Both the position numbers and the translations under genes were made by a program. Below are positions 55,047 to 64,000 of a stretch of 64,000 nucleotides of DNA, piece by piece (the stretch's first letter is position 1; every line of letters begins with the position of its first letter). The stretch spans positions 905,250-969,249 of the forward strand of contig CAJNOF010000004.1 of the NCBI GenBank assembly GCA_905250055.1. Reading direction: 5' to 3'. Source of the stretch: Rotaria sp. (taxonomy: Eukaryota). The notes beneath the pieces are model-generated. The model did no database searches. It was not told the DNA's origin and saw only the letters and a list, made by a program, of their open reading frames with translations.

Positions 55047-56219
55047 ATGACTTCAATGGCTAATTCTTCAATGAATAATTTAACGAATCCATTATCTCAT
55101 TATTTTCTTGATAGTTTACATTTCTTTTTTAATCATATTTATTTATTATTACTTACTATAATTGGTTCAATTGGAAATGCATTTGTTATTATTATTTTTT
55201 GTCAAAGAGCATTTCGTACAAAAATTGGATCAATTGGTTCAAATATGTCTGTTTATCCATTTTTATTTTATATGGCTATATCAGATACAATGTATTTAAT
55301 CATATTATTTTGTTTATGGTTATCAAATTATATTAATGTTTTACATCGTCCAGTTATTTGTCAACTTACATTATATATAACATATGTCTGCAATTTTATC
55401 AATGCTTATTATACAATAGCATTTACTACTCAACGTTTATTTGCGGTTATAAATCCATTTCGAGTATCTCATGTTCTTTCTTGGTATCGTTCTCGATGTT
55501 TATCATTATCAATAATAATAATTGCTTGTTTAATATATTCATATTTACCATTTTTAATTGGTATTGTTGATGGTAAATGTTATTCTCGTCCAGAATTTCG
55601 TTGGGTAAATATATATATGGACATAATTGATTGTATTATTGTTTTTCTTATACCATATATTGTTATAATAACAATGAATATTATTATTCTTATATCATTA
55701 CATCGTATGAAACAAGATCGACATGAATTTCTATTTCGAAGTCATTCACATTTAAATAGACGACGTGAATTAACACGTCGTAATGCATCACGTAAAATAA
55801 CAAAATTATTATTAACTGTTTCGACATCATATTTAATTATAGGTGCACCTTATGCATCTATACATACATGGCGTTTATTAAATAATCGACAAGAAGACAA
55901 TAAAAATTCACAATTAATTAAACAATTAGAACATTATGCACTTTATATATATCATATATCATTTGCAATGAATTTTTATATTTATATGGTAATTGATGCA
56001 AAATTTCGTCATGAATTAAAACGTTTTTTTACAAAATCTAAACAAAATTTTAATCATTATTTTCGACAAAAGAAATTCTTTGAAAATAACAATCAATTAG
56101 AATTAGCAGACAAAAATTCTACAACAACAGTTGCATACACATTTAATGGAGATCTACAGAATATTAATCATAATCATAATCTTATGAGAAACTATTGTTG
56201 TTGTCATATTCATTTGTAG
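55047..56219 (+). CDS. Rhodopsin-like (class A) orphan GPCR, single exon, 390 aa
   Basis: Uninterrupted ORF with 7 hydrophobic helices. It has GN..V in TM1 (GSIGNAFVII), a TM2 Asp (AISD), a DRY-equivalent at the TM3 end (TTQRLFAV) and an NPxxY-like motif in TM7 (NFYIYMV) followed by a basic helix-8 (KFRHELKRFF). The N-terminus has N-glycosylation sites (NSS, NLT). No introns are detected. Confidence 0.8.
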   Translation: MTSMANSSMNNLTNPLSHYFLDSLHFFFNHIYLLLLTIIGSIGNAFVIIIFCQRAFRTKIGSIGSNMSVYPFLFYMAISDTMYLIILFCLWLSNYINVLHRPVICQLTLYITYVCNFINAYYTIAFTTQRLFAVINPFRVSHVLSWYRSRCLSLSIIIIACLIYSYLPFLIGIVDGKCYSRPEFRWVNIYMDIIDCIIVFLIPYIVIITMNIIILISLHRMKQDRHEFLFRSHSHLNRRRELTRRNASRKITKLLLTVSTSYLIIGAPYASIHTWRLLNNRQEDNKNSQLIKQLEHYALYIYHISFAMNFYIYMVIDAKFRHELKRFFTKSKQNFNHYFRQKKFFENNNQLELADKNSTTTVAYTFNGDLQNINHNHNLMRNYCCCHIHL

Positions 56220-56466
56220 ATTATAAAACCACAAAAAAAAAAAGAAAGAATGTGTTAATAAAATATTTATAAGAATAGTTATCTTTTCTTTTCTTCTTCT
56301 TCTTTGTTAATTTTACATTTGCAATATATCTTTAAACGAAAAGAATTCTTATCATTATTCATTGTCTATGATCTACGTAAATGCGTATAAGTACTCTTCA
56401 GGTAGTTTGTTTTTCCATATTAAATTTTTTTACATTCATTTAGAATTTGTTACAAATTATCAAAAA

Positions 56467-58928
56467 ATGTCAGAAATAAATGAAATAGCAAAGGGTTTGC
56501 CGAAATCTGCTAGAATGAAATTTGAAGAATTTATATTATTTTATTTTTTAAGGAATAAAGTCAAAGAAATTTGAAGGCAATGGAGTTCAATTTAGATGCA
56601 AAATTATTGGTATGAAAATTACGTAAAAAGAAAATTTTGAAAATTGAATTAATTTTCATTTAAAATAAAGGAATGGAAGATTTACGATTTGATCTTGACG
56701 AAAAACTATGTCTCGAGTCAATATTTAGACTTAAAGCTATTGTACGTGCTCGTGGTGAACATAAACAAAGAATTCAATTAAATTTAACTGTGAATGGAGT
56801 TAAAGTTATCGATGAAGCTACTAAAGTATGAATAAAAAAATGTTATTTTATTTTTCTAAATTAAAGTATTATTTATTAGGTTCAAATTGCTGATCATGAA
56901 GTTACACGTATATCATATGTTATATTGGATCCAGGTGATATACGTGCATTTGGATATATTTACAATACAAGTGATGGTCGTCATCAATTTTGGGCTATTA
57001 AAACTGAACGATCAGCAGTAGTAACTGTTATTGCATTTAAAGATCTTTTTGAAACAGTTATGGAACAATTTAAAAATTCAGAAAAGGCTAAAGCAGAAAC
57101 GAATCAGCCAACATCTACATTTGTTTTACCAGAACCATCAACTGTTTCAATACAAGTAACGATAAATGAAATCTATTTTATTTATACAATTTTTTTTTCA
57201 GCAATCATCATTAACATCTAGTTCTGCCTCTACACCACAGCCACCAGTAATATCTGTAGAACCTGTTTCTAAATCAGCACAAGCTTCTACAGTACGCATA
57301 GTATTTTATTCTCAATCTTTTGAATAGAAATTAATTCTTAGACGCCATCGTTTGCTAATGTATGGGGAGATAGTCCTTCAGCGATGATTTCACAAACAGC
57401 ATCAGCGCCCAAAGTATGTGTAATAATTAGTTGACGATCTTTTTAATAAAAATTCCCTAGACTTTTTCGTTTGATGATACTTGGGGCAATAGTCCTTCAG
57501 CAACAGTTTTACAAACAACATCAACGTCCAAAGTATGTATATATTTTATTATGCACCTTTTTAATAGAAATTAACTCGTAGACGCCTTTGTTTCATGATG
57601 CGTGGGGAGATAGTCCTTCAACAACAATTTCCCCAACACCATCAATATCCAAAGTACGTATGGTATTTTATTCTCAATCTTTTTAATTGAAATTTACTTG
57701 TAGAATCCTTTGTTTGATAATATATGGGGAGATGCTCCACCAACAATGGCTTCACAAATAACACCAGCACCCAAAGTACATATGATATTTTGTTGTCTTT
57801 CGTTCTAATATAAGTTAACTAATAGACGGTTTTGTGTGATGATGTTTCGGGAAATAGTTCTTCAAAAACGGTTTCACAAACACCATCAGCGCCCAAAGTA
57901 TGCATAATATTTTATTATCGACCTTTTTCAATAAAAATTACCTAGTAGACGCCTGCGTTTGATAATGTGTGGGGAGATAGTCTTTCAACAACAATTCCTC
58001 GACCAACACAAACAGCTCAACAACCATCAACACCTAATATCAATCCGTGGAATATTAACGAGCCTGTAATGCCTATTATACAACAAGCTTCTCGTGTAGA
58101 AAATGTACGTTTTTAAAATTATTTTTCCTAGCCCATACAAAAACATTCGTTATCCAAGCAGACAAACATTTTCAAAAATGCGTTTAAACGCATAAAAAAG
58201 GGCTCAAAATCCATAAAAAGTGGATGTGTTTGGGTCACAATCGCGGTTCCCGACTGTCAGCGAAAAACGACCACTTTTTGCCCTTTTTGTGCGTTTTCAG
58301 CAAAAAAACGGTGATAAACGCGTGTAAATGCATAAGACGATCATAAAAAAGTTGTCATCTTTTTCATACTCATAAATCACAATCATAATTACAATCACAG
58401 TTCACGAAAAGGAAAAAGATAACTACTTTTTATGTTCTTTTTATGCGTTTATACGAGTTAACAAGCGTGTTTTTGCTGAAAACTCGTTTAAACGCATCAA
58501 AAGGGCAAAAAGTGGTCGTTTTTCGCTGACAGTCGGAAACCGCGATTGTGAGCCAAACACGTCCACTTTTTATGGATATTAAGCCCTTCTTTATGCGTTT
58601 AAACGCTTTTTTGAAAATGTTTGTCTGCTTGAGTAATGATGATTATCTTTATATTCAGCCTCTTGCTAATGTATTCAATATACATGCATCGCCATCAACA
58701 GCCACTAAAACAAATCAACAATCAGGTTCTATCGTAGATACTGGTGATCTATTTTTAACGTTTACGACGACTGCACCAATGCATACTGTTAATACTAATA
58801 TGTTTGTTCAACCAACTCAACAAACATCTTTTGTTTATCAACAGCAACCAAATTCTTCTGGTTTGATATCTCTTACACCTATTGCTCCGCCAACAGCAAC
58901 AAATTCATTTGATGATTTGTTTTCATAG
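56467..58928 (+). CDS. Disabled/Dab2-like PTB (phosphotyrosine-binding) endocytic adaptor with C-terminal tandem FxDxW motif repeats and terminal FDDLF; 12 exons
   Basis: Exons: 56467-56494, 56553-56609, 56671-56825, 56880-57155, 57202-57291, 57342-57413, 57461-57532, 57582-57653, 57704-57775, 57826-57897, 57949-58104, 58659-58928. The N-terminus MSEINEIAKG NKSKKFEGNGVQFRCKIIG MEDLRFDLDEKLCLESIFRLKAIVRARGEHKQRIQLNLTVNGVKVIDEATK VQIADHEVTRISYVILDPGDIRAFGYIYNTSDGRHQFWAIKTERSAVVTVIAFKDLFETVMEQFK aligns motif-by-motif with the Dab1/Dab2/CED-6 PTB domain ([20 protein letters not shown]...KLC...GEHKQ[R/K]I...RAFGY..G...H.F.AIKT...DLFQ). Exons 6-11 each encode ~24 aa (T-P-x-F-[DN]-[DN]-x-W-G-D-S-P-S-...-S-x-P-K). 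The last exon ends NSFDDLFS (FxDxF-type AP-2 appendage motif). Confidence 0.88.
57342..58104 (+). repeat. Tandem array of six ~120-bp exon+intron units (72-nt exon + ~48-nt intron) within the PTB adaptor gene
   Basis: Units start at 57342, 57461, 57582, 57704, 57826 and 57949. Each intron has the shape gta(t/c)g...tta(a/c)(t/c)..tag and each exon begins acgcc(a/t)t.gtttgatgat..tggggagatagtccttca. The fifth copy is degenerate (W to S, F to C). Confidence 0.9.
58155..58631. mobile_element. Foldback/MITE-like element (~477 bp) with ~200-bp, ~90%-identical inverted arms, inserted in the last intron of the PTB adaptor gene
   Basis: The left arm caagcagacaaacattttcaaaaatgcgtttaaacgcataaaaaagggc... 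is the reverse complement of the right end ...gcccttctttatgcgtttaaacgcttttttgaaaatgtttgtctgcttg. Inner arm segments also pair (gtcacaatcgcggttcccgactgtcagcgaaaaacgaccactttttgccc / gggcaaaaagtggtcgtttttcgctgacagtcggaaaccgcgattgtgagcc). There is an ~80-bp unique centre and no coding capacity. The element is GC-richer than the host intron. Confidence 0.75.
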
Positions 58929-61279
58929 TCAACAATAGCTAAAACAATGCTTGTTTCCTCTACTGTTTCTAGCTAGACCAAATTAATCTATGAAATAGAA
59001 AGCAAATCAAAATATCGAAATATTTTCCAAGTATAATCTTAAGTTTTTATCATTTTAGCTTTGAACAAAGGCGAATATGAATGAATAAACATTTTTTGTT
59101 TTCTTTTGTCACTTTTTGTCTTTGTAAAAGCTATCCATCATAATTCAGTATCTTTTTTTTTTCTATTGAGTAATTAATATTCGTAATCTTGAATATTAAA
59201 ATTTTGATGATATATGGACAGATAAATATCTAAATAACTACCAATAAATGATTTTCAGTATATCTATAGTTTTCTTTTGTCATTAAAAATATGATTTATT
59301 TGTTTAGTTTGACAGTCTTTCTAAAAATCTATTTATTATATAATTCCCTACAAATTATCATTATTTCAAAAAGAGACATGAATGCAATTAACCATATAAA
59401 TGATATATACTAAACTTTTTACTTTTTCTTATAGGTTTATATCTCTATTTACAGTATAACCTCTCTAATGTGAGCACTATGGGGACCGGTCAAAAGTGCT
59501 CACTTTAAGGAGGTGCTTATTATTGGGAGGTTTTTAAATCCTTCATGAAGAGTCTGAATATTCACCCGAAAACACTTTTCGAATGTGCAGTGATATTGTA
59601 CTTCTTTTCAATAATTTATTTATTCAAATAATAATTTCTTTTCTAAGATAACAACTTTTTACAACACCAAAACTAAGTTTTTCTAAATAGAGGTAAATCG
59701 ACACATGGTGACATTATTTGATGTTAGCGACTATTATTACAAAAATGAGGACATGTCACACCAAACAACATTAATTATACTAAGTAATTTTCTTCTTCTA
59801 ATTACGTCCGATTAGTCTATGTCGGTCAAATATGTGTCCTTTGTTTATTTTTAATAAAGCAGACGACATAAAATCATTTATATGTCAGTTACAAAACACA
59901 TTGCTCATATTATAGAGGTTGTTATTGCTCGTAGGACCAATACAATGCGCTCATTAACAGAATGAGGAGATGCTCACAATTGAGAGACTCATTTCCAGCA
60001 AAATTTACTCGGGCGGCCCACAGAGCGCTCAGTATAAGGAGTTGCTCATTAGTGGGAGGTGCTCACATATAGAGGTTATACTGTATTTTTTTTCAGAAAT
60101 AAAGAATTAAATTAAAACTCCTATACATTTAAATTTCATAATTATAAAAAAATTGTTAATTAATATAATTTCCATTATAGTGACGTCTTGATAGAACGAA
60201 ATCATCTTCATTAGACATGATACACAGATGTAAAAAAAAGGTTTTTTTCTAACAAAATGTTCTTTTTTCTTTCTTTATTTTGTATATGTTACCATATTTA
60301 ACGTTTGATAGTGGGATCGAGGAAGAAGATAAACAGCCCATTTCTTCTATCAGTATCATCGTTTTGTTGTCTTTCTATCATATGTTTTATGTTATAACAT
60401 ATCAAAAAGAACGAAAAAGTATTTAAAAACGGTTTTCTAGTAAATGAAGTAGTTTTTCTTTCTTTCAAAAGCTGCCATTTATCTCAAAATCAACTATTTG
60501 TATAAGATAGAATCATTGAATTTTCAAATTCAATTGAAATATACAAACTATCGAAAAATAGCTTGAAGACATTATATGAATCTAAAAAATAAATGACTTC
60601 TCGTAACCATAATTCATTTAAAACAGAGATATGATCGTATAGGTTTTATTAACGATGCTAAAATATAAAGTAGATCAGTGTTTTTTTGAATAACTTTCGA
60701 TAGGAACATCATAGAGACTTGCAATTTTCAGCATGTCCGAGAGAAGACTCGAAGCCATCGAAATATATCAAAGTTTGATGGATCAATCGGTTACTAATCA
60801 AATTTCAATGGCTCTAAGTTCCCTCTCTTGAATGGTCAAAACCACATGTCTTTGAAATGTTCCTATCAAGAGTCATTCAGAAACATGGACCTGTCTTATA
60901 TTTTGGCTTTGATAATAGTCTTAATACTTTACAATCAGATTGATCATGTTTATTCATGCCTTTTTATAGTTATCTTTGTTTCTTGATGTACTACCGTTAG
61001 TTGAGTCTGAACATTAGCATTTTTCTGTAAGTAAAATCGTTACTAAATAATATTCTAACTATGAAATCTATTAAAATTTCACATAATCAATAAACTAGGC
61101 TTCTTTCATATGAAAAATATCAATTATTTTATTCCAAATAAGTCCTGAAAACAAAAGCTAGTCTTCTAAACAGAAATTTTCATGTCAATTATTATATTAA
61201 TCGGTTTATTTTATTGATTATTCGAAGATTTCAAAAACAAAAATGGACGGAAAAGAATTGTGATTAATGAAAATAAAAT

Positions 61280-61715
61280 TCAGATATTTGTTTTATCTTT
61301 AATTTGTGTTTCCAGATCATTTATCATAAAAGCAATTGGATCAGCTGGTCGATTAAGTACGATTTTTGTTGTCAAGGCCTAAAAAATATGAAGACTAACA
61401 GATAAATATTTAAGTTAAAAATAAAAAACCTACTTTAAGTAAGTCATATAATCCATGTTGCATCATATATTTATCAGCTAGAATATTTGGATCTTCATTT
61501 TGTATTGTTTTTTGTAAAATAGTATCAATTTCTTCATCAGTTGCTTCTTGCTGTTCTCCATTTGCATTCAGAGTTATTAAGCCAAGCATTTGTAAACGTT
61601 TACGTTGTTCAGAATGTAAATTATTTATATCAGTTTTCTCTTTTTTTGATTCAATAAAACGATCATTATGTAATGATTTTACATTTGACCATTCAGTCTT
61701 CTGTTCATCTGACAT
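61280..61715 (-). CDS. DPY30-motif (Dpy-30/RIIa-like dimerisation motif) containing protein, 2 exons, 126 aa
   Basis: Minus-strand exons in plus coordinates: 61434-61715 and 61280-61378 (intron gtaggt..ag, 55 bp). The C-terminus ...ADKYMMQHGLYDLLK|ALTTKIVLNRPADPIAFMINDLE fits the Dpy-30 motif consensus (Y..x..GL..L...RP.DPI.F[LM]). The N-terminal half is unremarkable and acidic or basic. Confidence 0.7.
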
Positions 61716-61821
61716 TTCAAAAATCTAAAATAACGCTATGTCTAATAATATCAATACTAATACAAAAAAATGAAATTTAGTTTTTTGTTTTATTCCAAAA
61801 AGAAAAGAAAAAGTTTATTAG

Positions 61822-62485
<664 letters not shown>

Positions 62486-62587
62486 TTAGACTAAATTTGT
62501 CTACAATACAAACAGATTAAATACAGTTCATAATCAATGAAATGAGAAAACTTTATTTATTTGAAAGAACAAAAAAAAAATAAATGT

Positions 62588-63160
62588 TTAAACAGATGAT
62601 TGACGATAATTTTTTGTTTGTAAAATCTTAACACCACACATTACGCAAATACCCAATTTATAAGCACAACCTATATAAAACAAAAATTAATCAATAGCAA
62701 TCAGTAGAATTAAAGACAGACCTTGACAATAAGTACTTCCTGGTTGATGAATTGTACCTTTACAAACTTTACATTTACTAAATTTTGTTGTATATGGACT
62801 GTATCTTTAATAAAAATTAATCTTATTCAATTAAAAAACAATATTAAAGAAGAAAAAAAAAACAAACCGAGTAGATTTTCCTGATAATAATTTATTTTCA
62901 TTTAATTTTCTTCCACCACTTTCTACAAAATAAATATTAAAAAAAAAAAGAAATAAATAAATCTAAAATTCATACCAACTGTATTACGAGAACCACCTAT
63001 AAAAAAATTTATTTATTTTTATTCTTTAAAATATACAAACATACTTTTCCATATTTCTTGTGTTGCAACAGTACCTACTTTTTTCTTACCTAAAAATAAA
63101 TCATTAGTTCTTTCTTTGTTTTTAATTTTATCTATAAAACTTACAATTATCACAAACCAT
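62588..63160 (-). CDS. CRIPT: CRIPT (cysteine-rich PDZ-binding protein), 6 exons, ~100 aa
   Basis: Minus-strand exons; the first is 63145-63160 (MVCDNC), the second 63045-63089 (KKKVGTVATQEIWK), and the last ends with a stop at 62588. The full translation MVCDNCKKKVGTVATQEIWKSGSRNTVGESGGRKLNENKLLSGKSTRYSPYTTKFSKCKVCKGTIHQPGSTYCQGCAYKLGICVMCGVKILQTKNYRQSSV* is collinear with vertebrate CRIPT (MVCEKCEKKLGTV...CRICKSSVHQPGSHYCQGCAYKKGICAMCGKKVLDTKNYKQTSV), including the C-terminal PDZ-binding -SSV. Confidence 0.9.
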
Positions 63161-63245
63161 GATAATTTATTATTATTATTATTATTATTATCTAGAACAA
63201 AAAAAAAAACCACATATATATATTTATTTATATTGATAAATCTAT

Positions 63246-63900
63246 CTAATCAGCTAATGGATTTGCATGTATAGTAACATGTTGTATTCGAACATCTGTT
63301 TCTGGACGGTAATTTTTTTCATTAACTGGTAATTTTTCTAATTCATCAAGTGTTTCAAAGCCATCAATAACTTTACCAAATACAGTATATTTGCCATCAA
63401 GATTTGGTTGTTTTCCATACGTTATAAAAAATTGTGAACCATTAGTATTTGCACCTCGACTTGCCATAGAAACAATACCACGTTGACTATGCTAAATAAA
63501 TATTTTACTGAATGAAAACAGATGAAATAAGAATTCAAATTTTACTTTTAAATTTTGATTGATTTCATCCTAAAATAGAAGAAAAATATTCATAGATAAA
63601 TAAATGAAATTATACAAATTAATAACATTACTGGAAAGTATTCACCCCAAATACTTTGACCACCTTTGCCCGTTCCAGATGGATCACCAGTTTGAATCAT
63701 ATAACCTTTAACATTTCGATGAAAAAGACAATTATCATAGTAATTACTTGCACATAATGCTAGAAAATTCTAAATTTATTTTAATACAATAAGATATTTT
63801 ATATATTGATTTTGAGACTTACTTCACATGCTTTTGGACATTGATCACAATAAAGTTCGATTTTAATGTCACCTAAATCAGTATGTAAAGTAACTGACAT
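63246..63900 (-). CDS. PPIL3: Peptidyl-prolyl cis-trans isomerase-like 3 (cyclophilin PPIL3), 4 exons, 161 aa
   Basis: Minus-strand exons in plus coordinates: 63823-63900, 63632-63769, 63546-63569, 63246-63491. Translation [26 protein letters not shown]|[46 protein letters not shown]|DEINQNLK|[81 protein letters not shown] is about 70% identical to human PPIL3 over its full length. Confidence 0.92.
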
Positions 63901-64000
63901 CTACAAATCAAGAGCATCAAGAAACATAAAATAATCTTGTAGATTTTAGAGGAAAAAAAAAACGATTTTCTGTATAATCATCATTTAGCGTGAATAGGCA

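Noticed and set aside
56362-56574. 70-aa ORF (MSMIYVNAYKYSS...MSEINEIAKGLPKSARMKFEEF...) upstream of the adaptor gene
   Set aside because: Only its internal Met (MSEINEIAK-G) is used, as exon 1 (56467-56494) of the Dab-like gene. The remainder reads through the first intron (a gt donor after aaagg) and has no homology.

Overview
This 64-kb window is AT-rich eukaryotic (metazoan) nuclear DNA of about 28-30% GC, with spliceosomal introns mostly 45-90 bp (GT..AG) and abundant microsatellites. There are no prokaryotic features, CRISPR arrays, rRNA or clear tRNA genes. I could assemble 11 confident multi-exon or single-exon protein genes by reading exon-intron structure directly. (1) A KDM2-like CXXC+PHD zinc-finger protein that is polyQ/His-rich (minus, 8754-10433). 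(2) A SUN-domain (Sad1/UNC-84) nuclear-envelope protein (plus, 21599-24733, 9 exons). (3) Two divergent major vault protein (MVP) paralogs arranged tail-to-tail, MVP-1 (plus, 28460-31543, 8 exons) and MVP-2 (minus, 33229-36510, 14 exons). (4) An SLC35E/TPT-family sugar-phosphate/nucleotide-sugar transporter (minus, 37724-40675). (5) A single-exon rhodopsin-like orphan GPCR (plus, 55047-56219). (6) A Disabled/Dab2-like PTB-domain endocytic adaptor whose C-terminal half is built from six tandemly duplicated 72-nt mini-exons encoding FxDxW motifs plus a terminal FDDLF (plus, 56467-58928). (7) A tightly packed same-strand cluster on the minus strand: PPIL3 cyclophilin, CRIPT, a HINT histidine-triad protein and a DPY30-motif protein (61280-63900). 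Its intergenic gaps are only about 85-106 bp, which looks operon-like. Non-genic content includes a roughly 480-bp foldback/MITE with about 200-bp inverted arms inside the adaptor gene's last intron, a GC-rich palindromic MITE-like element between the two MVP genes, a small dispersed hairpin-repeat family (GGGTGTGAGTGTGGG...CACACCC), a degenerate LINE endonuclease remnant, a 4-kb (GA)n/(CT)n microsatellite block, and a roughly 14-kb gene desert (41-55 kb). Two small single-exon ORFs are weaker calls: a signal-peptide protein with dibasic sites and a TM/Cys-rich protein. The taxon is not determinable with certainty; the short introns, AT-richness, presence of MVP and the operon-like spacing suggest an invertebrate such as a nematode, rotifer or flatworm. 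Exon coordinates were derived by hand and may be off by a few bp.
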